DNA of 64,000 nt from the NCBI GenBank assembly GCA_964057225.1, contig OZ059895.1:18414001-18478000 (forward strand). The letters are read 5' to 3'. The translations under genes and the position numbers were made by a program. Under the pieces are notes generated by a model, which saw nothing but the letters and a program-made list of their open reading frames with translations, did no database searches and was not told the origin of the DNA. This DNA is from Auanema rhodensis (lineage: Eukaryota; Animalia; Nematoda). Below, piece after piece: positions 1 to 12,933 of the stretch (position 1 is its first letter; each line of letters starts with the position of its first letter).

Positions 1-211
1 GTATTTCACCAAATCCAAAATCATATAGAAATGTTTGAATCCATGTAATATTGTCAGAACTATCTGCAAAATCTTCTCCAATCTGCTTCATCATAGCATC
101 GTGACTGTAGCATCCGCTAGATGGAAATAGAGCTATTTCCAAACTGCTAGCATATGTACATATGAACGTCAGCAGGCAGAATAGTCTTGAGCATGGCCCC
201 GAGCTGACCAT
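1..211 (-). CDS. UDP-glucuronosyl/glycosyltransferase, 5' exon (partial, continues beyond window start)
   Basis: ATG at 211 opens a stop-free frame MVSSGPCSRLFCLLTFICTYASSLEIALFPSSGCYSHDAMMKQIGEDFADSSDNITWIQTFLYDFGFGEI. It has a signal peptide followed by the UGT N-terminal pattern (hydrophobic strand-P-x-x-G-x-x-SH...M...(N/E)(V/I)T). Absent from the ORF track because there is no stop in the window. Confidence 0.75.
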   Translation of the reverse strand, partial: MVSSGPCSRLFCLLTFICTYASSLEIALFPSSGCYSHDAMMKQIGEDFADSSDNITWIQTFLYDFGFGEI

Positions 212-1461
212 GATTCAGTCTAGCTCAAGCCAATTTGTGACTATTCTATATGTGAAATCAGTTGATAGAACCCAAGAGCACTATCTCGAGTACGTCTATC
301 AAACTTGTAGCCGAATGTCTATAAGATGAGCGTTATTCAACATGTTTGAAGTAAAGTAAATTGGCCCTTAAATATAAAGAAAAACAACTATTGCACTTAA
401 AGTCTAATAATGGTAATGAAATATTATAGTGGTACAATTATTTTTTTTTAGAAATTATGAAGAAAACGAGAAAATTCTGTTATAAGTCATGTGCTTAAGA
501 TATTGTGAGATGGAATATAACAGTTAAAATTAAATTTAAAAAAAAACACTTCAGATTTACATGATGGTTCTTTCTGAAAACAGGAATCAGATGAAGAAAA
601 GTAGCCAGTAGGTAGAAAGATTCTTTAGGTAAGGTAAGAGGAGGGGGAGATGTTTAGAAAAAGTTGAACGTGAGAACTGGGCAAAATGATAGAAGTAGTA
701 GTCGAATATAATGAAGTATGAAGTATGGCAGCATAGTAAACAGAATAGCAAAAATAGAAAAGTGTATGTACGTTCCTTCTGAAAATGATTGGAGATCTTA
801 TAGTGCTTGATGCAACAGTAGGTAGACTTCATTGATTTCAAATGAAAAGCGTTAGAAAGTTTGTAAGAATGATAAGAAGACCTGTGGCTAAAAAAAAAGA
901 AAAAGAGGGAGACCGTAAGAGAAGTGGACGAGGTATAGAACACCAGGTCTTCTCGTGGGTGTTGAGTGGGTGGAAAAGTAGACGAATGATGGCAGCAGCA
1001 TAGCATAGCTGTATGAGGTCAAAATGGCGACAAAGAGTACAAGAAGTTATCGTTCCCGTGTCCCACAAAATGACATCGAAAAACGACTGAAAACGTTAAA
1101 CCGACCTTGGCTATGAAAACGGTAAGAAGAGAAGACAATTACAAGAATACAATGAGAAGCATGGTGTACTAAACCAAAATTCAAAGAAGAAAGAATATAT
1201 TACTCAAAAGTATCTATATGAACTGAAGTAAGGTTGATGGTACATCAAGTACGAAGAAAAAATGATTCTCAGAAAAGAAGTTATATTTCAATGTCAAATG
1301 AACGTTAGAGCAAAGGTTCAGTTGAAACTTTGGACGTGACTTTGTGAATGAATAATCAGTTTTTTTTTTGTAAAATAAGAAACAAAGTACAGAGGTAAAG
1401 TTAAGCAAGATCAGTAACATAAATCAAGGAAGTAGAGGAAAGAAAGATCAAAGAAAGGGAG

Positions 1462-1466
<5 letters not shown>

Positions 1467-1521
<55 letters not shown>

Positions 1522-1531
1522 AAGAGAGAGA
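1467..1531. repeat. (GA)n microsatellite
   Basis: Interrupted AG dinucleotide run. Confidence 0.95.
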
Positions 1532-3635
1532 TGGTAAGTTTAAAATACAACATTCTTCTGAATTTAAATGACCTTTCTATATTTAATTATACATTATTTT
1601 CACATAATTATCAATATATAGAAATCTGATAAATCTTCTTCATTAATAATTCCATTCGATACATTACGGTTTTACTTTTTTTGAAGAGAGTAGAGCACAA
1701 AGGCATGCATTGGTCTTCTGGTCACAACATGATTGATGACGTAATCAGTTGGTAAGATACCTGAAATGGGCGTCTGAAAGATGTACGATATTGCTAGCTG
1801 ATGATGACGTAGCTACTTGTCGCTAAAAAAATGATTTCACATCGTTGATTTCAGTTTTCTGTTTGTAAATCTAAATTGATCATTAACGTATTGTGAGTTT
1901 ATTGGCATTTTTTTTATTTCTTTATCAATATAATTAATACAGAATATATTAAAAGGTCATTTAAAGGGTGTGGAATACTTTTTCCACCCATCGCTTCCCT
2001 ATATTCCCACATTTTTTCGCCATCTGAATCTTCGTTCGAAACTTTCATCTGACATCTAAACTGATACAGACTTTATCTTTTACACTTCTCTTTCTTTCTC
2101 ACTTGCTATGATATGATACAAAATCTTTTGATCAACCATTTCACGATGTTGTTCCTTCTTCTTGTTATATTTGCCACTCCTCATTTTCTTATTTTATTAA
2201 CACATATTTGATGTATGACTCAAGTATGTCACGAAGTATCATGGAAAAAATTGAAAACCAAAATTACTTACAAAACTGAAGAATTATGACCAGCATTCAA
2301 CTTCTTCATGCGAATTTACAAACTTTTTTTTACTCCAAAAACTTTGAAGGGTAATACTAGGATACATAGAAAACCATTTTCTTTCCATCTCACCTTCATT
2401 GTTCAAATACCTATCTCATTGGTTAACGAAGTTGATTATTGGTCGACTATGGATGATTACTACTATTTCCAATAAAAAAAAAGGAAACGTGTTAAGATAA
2501 AGAATTGATGACGTAATATTTTGAACTAAAAAAATGGATGATTAAGCCAAAATTAGAAATTCTCAAACCCTTTTATAAACTTGGATTATGTATTTCAGAT
2601 GACACATCAATCATTTAATACTTTTACTTGTGTTCATTGAATGTTCAAACCTCTATGTCAATCTGTCATCCAAATGCTTTTGTTTCAACTATTGATGTTC
2701 GACGTATGGGTTTGTCGTAAAACTTGGATTTTGATCATTTCGAACTCAGAAATCAATATACAACATACCAAACTGTGGCACTAATATATTGCCAATCTGT
2801 AAAGGTTAGGTCATATGAAATGTCTCATGACTTCATCAGAAAATACGGGAAGTTGATTCTTTATCACTAATGTTATGGGCAAATTGAAAAGAAAATTTAT
2901 GCATTTCATACATTAGAAGATTTTCTAAATATTCTGATTAATTCTTTCTATATTCTACTACTTTAATCTCTTTTCCCTCGCTTACTTACTCTATATAGAG
3001 CATATATCTTCTGAGATTTTCAACTCTTCTTACTGTAACCTATCAGATACACGTATATGAATTAGAACATCAAATAAAAATTAATCTTTAAATAGTAAAA
3101 AAGTAGAAAATAAACAAAAAAGAAAATAGAAAATAAACAAACATCATAATCATGTTATTATCAATTCATTTGATTTCTTAAAAATTAAAAAATTATGTTG
3201 TTGTAAAATCGGGTATGTAATCACTTCTGACTTCTAACCTTTCAGCAACTTTGAGATAAATGGAATGATTCTTACTTCCAATTATATTTTTGTATTTTCT
3301 ATATATTAGAATTTCTTGGAGATGTTTATTGAAAATAAATCAGAGAAGAAATCATGTGAATTATTTATATTTATATTATAATAACATAAATATAATAACT
3401 GAAAAATCAAATAATATTCATATAAAATAATAAATTATTCAAACAATTCATTCAACTGAAAACTTATTTGTCATATAATATACATACGTATAGTATATTA
3501 CATATAGTTAGGAACAACACAACATTTTTGAACTTTTATATCTGCTGAACTGTATCCTATAGAATTACAATTATAATCACATTTCTTCATAAAATATTTT
3601 TTAAAATAATTTGTATATAATCATAATTGAAGGTA

Positions 3636-5943
3636 TTATGATGGATTGAATACTTGAGGTACAACTTCTATATTTCTACTTGTCATAATAGATTTACCAC
3701 GAGCAATAACATTTCTATGTTTCATTATGAAACCAAGAAATTGACGACGTAAAGTTCTGAAAATAAAAAATTATCAACATTTTTTTCAAATGAAAACTGA
3801 TGCTTTTTCTGAATTGATAACAGTTATAATTTGAAGATTTTAAATAATTCATTTGTTTATTTCTTTCAACAAAACGTTTTTCAGCTTTTCATGATGTTAT
3901 TAATTTTTGCATGGGCGATATTTAGTTTAATTGCAAGCTCGAACGTATTATTGCAAGCTTTGACATTCAAATATGCTTTTTTTAAACTATATTATAGTAT
4001 ACTGCATACATAGATACGTCTTAATTATTTATTAAAACGGAATTAATTGATTTATATAATAATCCTGGTCATACTTTTTTTTTTGAAATGTAAACTTTTT
4101 TGGAATTTTTCTTGTAATCTCTTTTTCCTTAATCAAAAAAATTATCAATAAAATAACCTTTTTTAAAGAAAATAAAATAAGAAATTTGGAAATTTCAAAA
4201 ACAAAATGTGAGATGACCGAATGATATTGGTATGGGTTACGGTATATGCTGAGGGTTACTGTATATGCTAACACGTACCTATTCATAAGAATTGTCATAA
4301 TAGGATTAACAGCAGAATTAAAAATCCACATAAAATTTAATATTATATTAGCTGCATCAAGATCTATATTCTGAAATTAGATGCTTTTCATATTTATTTA
4401 TGTTAATTATTTTTTATAATTATTATGTGTTATAAAATTTTTTTTGATAAGTTTATAAAATTTAAAATTTTATAATTATAGATATTATGATTTACCAAAG
4501 CATGCCAGCTCCCATTAAGTACCATGCAATATAGCGTGATGATAGAAGCTTGAATTATAATTCGTTTTTCAACTGCCCAATTAGTAGCGACCGCAAAATT
4601 ACGTTTCTGTAACAATACCAACATTTATAAATGAAGTTCACACATTTATTCTTGCTCATTTCAATGTTTCTTATCATGTGATTCAAACAAAATTGTACTT
4701 TTCATAATTTTTTCATTGAAATGTAAGCTTTTGATGATGGCTTGTGTTGAATACATATGAATGAACAAGCTCAGAAACAGATCATTTCAAGTTCAATGTC
4801 TAATTGAAACATCTCATCATACCAGACAGTATAAGTATAATAACCATAAATTATACATATAGTGTTTTTCCCTCTCTATCTTTCGTCAACTTATTTTTAA
4901 AATAAAAAAGTCTTACTTTAGTTCCCAAAACAATTATAATAATTACATAACAGATCCCTGATAACGATACAAATATTAGTTCAATATACATTTCTACAGA
5001 TTGAACTTTTGATGACCAAGGTTTTTGAATTTCATATGCCCACGAATATCTGAATTATGATTACAGCATTATTCAGCATTACTATGTTTTGAAAGAAATA
5101 CTTTTTAGGTGAATAAACAAGTGATGCCCATGGACCAGACAAGATAACTACAAATGCCAACCATAACATTGCTCCTATTATAATCCATATCTAAATTATT
5201 CAAAAAAAAAAAAATTCATATAATATTTAAAGTGAAACATACAACAAATCGTTTTCCATTAAACAGCATATCAGCTAGACTAGGTGAAAAAACATGAATC
5301 ATACGGTTTAAAGCTAAGATTAATGTAAGCGTTACATATGCTATATAACTTGGTGTTGCTAAAATGCTTAAAACCTTAAAAACTTATAAATTATTTTAAC
5401 TCAATGTTATAATTTATATTACCCTAGCAAATGGATATGAATACAGTGTTTGAAATATAGTGAAGAAGCCTGTGAAACCATGAGCTATACTCTGAACTAT
5501 ATCAAATATTCCTAATAGCATCATAATCCTATATGACACTAAACGAATTAAATCAGAATCATACCATATTATCTAAATAAATTTTAAAATATTAGTATAG
5601 TTACGGTATAAAGACATACATATAATATTCTAAGTGAAGTAAATATTATTAATATAGGTATACTAATCATAAATAAGCCAAGTATGATATCAATATTACG
5701 AGAAGTGTCTGAAAATGGTTTTAGTTTTTGATCACTTAACTATAAATACATTTATAAAATAATATTAAATTATTAAATTTAGTTCTAAATTTAGTTTAGC
5801 ATACATTTAAATTTAATGTAAACTTGTTAAACTACAATAGAGCAGGTTTAGGACTTAAAGAATTAATGCTTATAAGTGTAAGGAGTAACATGCTTCAACT
5901 CACATAAATCAGATTCAGTTCGGGATTGTACTATAGCTTCCAT
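3636..5943 (-). CDS. Serpentine 7TM chemoreceptor, Srt-like, paralog 1 (9 exons)
   Basis: Phase-consistent GT-AG exons: MEAIVQSRTESDL|YTSRNIDIILGLFMISIPILIIFTSLRIIY|IIWYDSDLIRLVSYRIMMLLGIFDIVQ...|VLSILATPSYIAYVTLTLILALNRMIH...|IWIIIGAMLW...|YSWAYE...|KRNFAVATNWAVEKRIIIQASIIT...|...FMWIFNSAVNPIMTILMNR|TLRRQFLGF...FNPS*. Motifs Y-x-IM-x-x-LG-x-x-D, LALNR, EKRIIIQA and NP...LMNRTLR are typical of Srt/Srg-superfamily receptors. Confidence 0.85.
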
Positions 5944-6612
5944 AATCAAAATACTTTATATCTTTTTGGAATTTGAAAAAAATTAGATTCTGAAAATTAA
6001 TAAATATTATTCAATTTCAATACATAATATATTTAAATAAAAGGAGATATAATGTAAGAAAATGTACAAAAAATAACATTTTTTAAAAATTATTTTCAAT
6101 AATTTATTATTTAAATAAAATGAAATCAGAAACATTTTTTAATTATGAATAATTTCGTATAATTACAATACAAAAACCAAGATTTACACAAATTTTAATA
6201 TTCGGATGTTCATGAAATCTTGGAATTTTAAATTAAGATGATTTCAAAAATTAAGAAATAAGCAACTTTAAAAGAAAGTTATAAATAAAAAATTTAAGAA
6301 ATCAATGGAAAATATATGAAAGAGGTTAAAAAGAAAAAGGTAAATGAAAGAGAATAAAATACATCTGAAATTTCATTACTTTTCAACTTAGTTTATGCTT
6401 CAATGTGCTCATTTATCATTAAATTACGTCATTTATCATAATCATTAGAAAATATAACAAAGAAAGTATATAAGTTTAAATATAAGTATATATTTATGAA
6501 AAAAAGAATAAAATAAATATTGAAACTGAAATTGATTGTATTATATATTTAAAAATTCATATATACAGCTTTGTTTGAATGGTACACCATCTTCGATTAA
6601 GTATGTATTTCA

Positions 6613-6638
6613 GGGGGGTGGGGGGGGGGGTGTTGGGG
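6613..6638 (+). other. G-tract with G-quadruplex potential (G6-T-G11-TGTT-G4)
   Basis: Directly visible in extremely AT-rich DNA between the two Srt-like genes. Confidence 0.8.
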
Positions 6639-7083
6639 CTAGTAAAAATACAAATTTCATTTATGGTCTAAAACTTAATGTAAATTATACTTAATATTTT
6701 AATAAATAAGCATTGATGTGAAGATAACTTTTAAAATAAAACTCATATTTTAATAATTAATAAAACAAATAATTAAATTGAATACATAAATAATATTTAT
6801 TATAAACAGAGAGGCACATTAGACGATATATTCATAAAGATCTAATCATATTTTATGATAAATACAATTAAAAATATAATTTGGCAACAAATATTTAGAA
6901 AGAAAAAATATTTCAATTACAATATAAAATATTAAAATGATATTGATAAAATATTTAATAAAAAATAAAATAAAATGACTGATTGTCATCATTGTTAAGC
7001 TCTGTCTATAATCTTTCATCGTTTCATTAGCCTTCCTTGTTATATTCCTATTTACTATTTTTTTTTGTTTTCTTTCATTTTTT

Positions 7084-9737
7084 TCATTTTCTACTATCTC
7101 TATCTATATTTGGTTTGTGAAAAAAACTTTTTGGAGTCTGGGAAACGATTGTGAGCGTTGATGGCTTATTCCGTATTCGTTCGCGTATTGCTCTGAAACG
7201 GATTGAAATTACATAATACACAGAATGAGATTTAGAATTAAGGATATCGAGTTAAAAATTAAAAAAAAAATTCAGAAGTTGCTACGATTGAGTAGGCTAT
7301 CATCGTACAAATGGACTATATAAATATAATTCTCCTATAATTATGGAAGATATACCTCAGTACATACCGTACTCTGTACTAATATCATCCGGTCATCTTA
7401 CATTTAAGTTTTTAAAGTTTATATGTCTCGGATATTTTATTTTAATTGGAAAGAGGATTTGCAGCAAATGTTCTAGTTAATCGAAAAATAATAATTTATA
7501 TTTCAAAAAATATAAAAGAAATATTGAAGTTGAATAGGAGGTTCTGAAATTTCTATAATTCTCTGAATCCCAATCCACAAAAAAAGTTATTTTTTTCCTT
7601 TCTTTGAAAATATTTTAAATATATTTTGTATAATTAAAAAGATATTTTTTTAAACGTCAAATATTATTTTTAATTTAATAAATTTTCAAAAAAAAATTAG
7701 AATAGTAGTACAAGATGAAATTTCAAACGTTTTGAATGTTTGCTTTAACAAAATAAAATATATGAATCTTATAAACCTACAGGATATAAATTTTTTTTTT
7801 TAATTTACAGTCTAGATTTATGAATATTTTTATGTTTTTACCTATTAACTATAACGTATATTAGAGGATATACACCACTGTTACCAATCCACATGAAATT
7901 CAAAGCTGTATATGTCCAAATGTTTGCCGGAAGCAAGTTCTAAAAATAAATTTATGAATTGAATTAATTTGGATGCAACTATTTCAATAATTATCTATAC
8001 ACACCTACGACTGATACTATGCAATATTCTTTTAAAAATCATATTTTCTTTGATTAATACATAGATGTATAGAATTTTTCATTAAAATTCAACAATTCAT
8101 ACCTCATTATGCCAAAAAAAATTTAGGACAGTGCAATATAATGTTATTGCAGATGCTTGGATTAGAATTTTTAGTTCCATTTTACTCTGAGATGATACTA
8201 GAAATTTTTTCCTCTGAAAAGAAATTGATTTAGTTACATAGTCTTTAAGCATTCTATATAGTTCTAACATATTTAAGTTGTGAAATAGATATTCTGTTTC
8301 ATGAATCTCTCTAAACCTTTATACTTTCTTCATTTTTTGCTAACAACAGTCATATTCATTTTTTTAATTTTACTCTGCTAACCTTATGGGCTAATAATAT
8401 TACAACTAGGATATAAAATACTCCTGAGACGGCTATTCCCACGACTTCAATATACATTTCTGCTCGTGCTACATGTCGTGAGTATGGTGATTCGTCATAA
8501 GCCCAGCTATACCTAAAAATAGGAAATGTGTTAACTATAAGGCTAATATTTTAATTTTATAAATAATTAAATTGACTATTCATTTGAATATCTCATCTTT
8601 ATGTATGTTTCATTCAGACCATGACTCTAATCACTTACAATTGTGGGTTATAGATGATTGCGGCAAATGGCGAAGCAAGTGCACATACGTAACCAAACCA
8701 CGCTAACAAGCCGATTCCAATCCATATCTGGAAAGACAAAATATGAATTCAATTGTGCCTAATGATATCGATATTGAGTATAAACGAATGATTAAGTGAA
8801 AGAAAATTGGTCTTTTCACTTCCCCTCTAAAATCCAAAATCCATTTACCTTGACAGCAAAATTGGAGAACAAATAGTCGTCAAGGCGTCTAGAGAACAAC
8901 TGAATAAAGCGATTAAAGCCAAGAACGACGGTTAGAACTGCATAGCCCACATAACATGGCGTTGCCAGCACCCCCATAAGCTATAGTTATTAAATTAATT
9001 AAATGCAGAAAATTACAATATGTATCTTATACTTTTGCCAAATAATAGTGAAAAACTGTTTGAGATATAGTAAAAATTCCGGTAACAAAGTGTGGAATAC
9101 ACTGTATGACATCAAACACACCCAGCATAAACATAATCTGATATGACGGAAGCTTCATCATATCCTTATCTTTCCACATTATCTATAATAATACATTTAT
9201 GTATTCATTTATTGATAACTACATAAGATCTAACTTGGATATGTTGCAAAGCTAGTAGAATTCAAAAAACAGTAAATGTAGTAAGATCAACAGCTTATTC
9301 TCAATGTTATTTTGATCAGATTCACATAACACGGAAGCTGATATCAATCTCACTGTGCCTACGTTTCGTTTTCATTCAATGCAAATATTTTGTACAAAAT
9401 TTATAAAAATCACATACTTTAAGTATAAATGAATATGCTAATCCACAAGCTAATGATAATATCATCATCAAAGTACCCACGATGATATCTGATACAACAG
9501 TTCTACCTGAAAACAGTTGATCTATCATCAACAATTCTTAAGAAAATCAATGTTCAACGTTTTTTTGTAATTCTTGAATATGTAATTTTGATCTTTTCAT
9601 CTGCTCATGCAACATAAATAAATCATCAGTCATCACAAAACAATCAGATTTTGAACATTTTTTTGCAAAATTCAAATTGAAAAGAAGAAATTACCTGAAT
9701 CTTCTTCAATGATTGTTACTTCCGTATTCACATCCAT
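7084..9737 (-). CDS. Serpentine 7TM chemoreceptor, Srt-like, paralog 2 (9 exons)
   Basis: MDVNTEVTIIEEDS|GRTVVSDIIVGTLMMILSLACGLAYSFILK|IMWKDKDMMKLPSYQIMFMLGVFDVIQCIPHFVTG...|LMGVLATPCYVGYAVLTVVLGFNRFIQ...|IWIGIG...|YSWAYDE...|RKKF...MELKILIQASAITLYC...|...FMWIGNSGVYPLIYVIVNR|AIRERIRNK...DSRK*. Intron positions and phases match paralog 1. Confidence 0.87.
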
Positions 9738-12700
9738 TTCAATTATTTTATGTTCCAAACAGCATATTCTACAAAAAATAAAAATAATTTATATTATTCT
9801 CTCTTGATTCACATCAAAAATTAAGAAAACGATCAAAAATAAACATATTACATATTACATATATACTTTTGATTAAAATACTTTTTTTTAAAAAAAAAAG
9901 AAAATTAAAAAAATTGTGAAATGACAAGAAAAGCAACGAAAACAGATTACTGAAATAAATGCAAATAGGTTATCCATTTAGTTGTTAAATTAAAAAAAAA
10001 AATTATAATATAATTCGGATATAAGAAATATATTTTGCATGCATATGAGTGTATAGTTAGTTAAATATCAAATTTTTGGAAAATAATAGTGCAACTATTG
10101 ATAAAAAAATTTTTTTTAAATAAATAAATTTAGAAAAGGAAACTTTTAATATAGTGGGAAATACCACATGAGTTCAATAAGAGTAAAATGACATGAAACG
10201 TTATGGGTTATGAGTTAGAATAAAATAAGATTTTGAATGAAATGAATGCTCACTATATGTATTAAATGTGAAAATTCAATAACGAATAAAGGAAAAGAAA
10301 AAGATTTTGCGTATGATTCAGTTAATTTGCGGAAACTTTTTTTCATTAAACTAAAGGTAGTCAGTTATATGTGATATAGACAATAAATTATTTCTTAATT
10401 AATGACAGCATAATAACTATTTTGATAAATAAATTTATTTTATAAATTATTTTATTTACTTTATATACAAATAATTAAATGAATAAATATATAATTATAT
10501 AATTATTTAAAATTATAAAAATAAAATTCAGTTTATCAACATAATACATCTCTTAATAAAAATTTGAATGTGTCATACCTAGAAGTTTTAAATCAAATTA
10601 TTGTATAACTATCAACAACAAAAAATAATAATAATAATATATCAAACTTAAAATAGATTACAGCATACTGTGGTTCAACATGTTAAGCTTTAATGCTTCA
10701 TATTTGAAAAATGAAATTTCAAAAAATTGATCCTTGAGCAGATCTCATGCAATTATGCTTCTATTATCTTACTATATACATATATATACTGAATATGAAT
10801 TACTATTCAATTATTATAAAATACATATACATTGATTATTAAAATTATAAAAAATAAATTATAATTGTAATAAATACAGTTTTATTAATTAGTAATTTTA
10901 TTTAATTATATTTCACTTTACAAGAAATCACATTGATATTCAAAGCAATGTGCTATATATTCAAATAACCATAAAGAATTATATGAGAGCATTAGCAATA
11001 TCAAAAGAATCAAATGAAAATTATTTATTTTAATTAGTTATAATTTTTATTTCTTTTTTAATAGTACAAACATCATTTATAATCTATAAAATCAGAATTT
11101 GGATGATTTATCATAATTCAAATTGTTTCAATTTATATAATTAGCGGGTAAATAGTGTATACAACCGTACATCATCTACATTGAAATCAAAAATGACTTG
11201 TATTGCGTTTGCCGTGAAAAAGAAAAACGACGTGAAGTAATAAGCATACTATGTATGTGTACACGTGAACATATAAATTTAAGTTGAAATTGTATTTTCG
11301 TCATGAATATCTACTTCAAATTGTGTATTAACATGTTGTTATAATGAGAAAAATTAAAAATATTATTTATCATAAAATTATATGTTTATTTACATATATG
11401 AATATATACATAATTACTTATATAGTTAATATATAATATAACAAATAAGTTAAATCTAATAAAGATACATACATGTGTATGTATGTATATTCTTGATCTA
11501 TGTATCATAGAATATACATATCTACTATATGTATAAGAAGTGAAAAAAAAAACATTCAATGTTCTATAACATCTTATATTATTTTTCACATACTTTATGA
11601 CTATTTGAACACATTTACGAGCTCAAAAAATTTGTCATGATACAGTGCACTAAATATATGAATGAATATATGTGTAATGAAATATAATTATATATTATGC
11701 ATAATTCAATATAAAAATTTTATGAGATTTTGAATTGTTGTGTTGTTTATTTTTTTTTCATTTTTTTAATTTTATTTTTTTTTCGATTACACTGAATGCA
11801 ATATACCTTTCATATCAAATTAAGCGAGGCTACGATTGACACAGAAAACTGTTTATGGTTTGATCACTTTTGTAATTTCAGCACAACGACTAGACCATAT
11901 AATTTACTTGTGAAGATGTCCTGTTCCCAAGAATTTTCATCTTCGTTCACAACTAACTAACTATCAAATTGCTATCTATCCACATAGTTATGTGCAGATA
12001 AGAAATTGTCTTCCATATACAGCTTCTTGGTCTTTAAGTAGTCAGTCAGCACATGTCTTTCATCAGCCCACATTTTCGATGAAAAATATATTTGAATTCA
12101 TCCATTTTCTAAACCTCAGTTTAAGCATTTTTCAAAATATAGATTATAGCCATTATCTTGGAATAAAATTAATTATTGCCCATCTTCAACGTATTCCATA
12201 ATTCTTTAGTTTTAGACGACAACCTCATCGTTCATTCTTTAGTTTTCAAAATTTATTTTAATCTTGTATTAATCAAGAAGCATTTTTTACTTATATGGCT
12301 TCTGATTGAATGTAATAGTAATACTGATAAAAGGACAGTTAATTGACTGTTTCACTAGACTTTGGAATAACAGAATTTCTAACTACGCTTATACATAGAA
12401 TTATTAGCTGGGTTAAATAATTATGAATTTAAAAACTTTTTTATGAAAACTTAACAACTTGAAGATTTATTTTAACTTCTTCATTCCCTCTTACTCTTCT
12501 TCCACCCCTCCCCCACCCCACTCGCCACATCTCTTCCCTTTCTTACTCTCTTTCTCTCTCTTTTTATCTCTCACTTTATAGTTTCTCTCTTCTTAGCTAT
12601 ATGACAATCTTATCAATGAATATATGATTTCACTACGTCTCTTCAAAATGTTTCTTTTATGCCATCAAATCAATCTTTATAATTATAGTTTAACCATTCC

Positions 12701-12933
12701 TATAATCAGCACTCAAATTTTTTTTTTCATCTCCTGATCCATGTTAACGATTTAAGTATTTGAAACATGCTACTCAATAAATTACATTTTTTTTCCATAA
12801 ATTTTGATATATTTCAGATAGAATTAATCAAGAAATTAATAGAATAATAATCAATTTAGTGCATTTTATTGAATATAATTCTTAATTTCAATTGGCACAA
12901 TAACAACAAATACAGTAACATTTTATATTGAAA

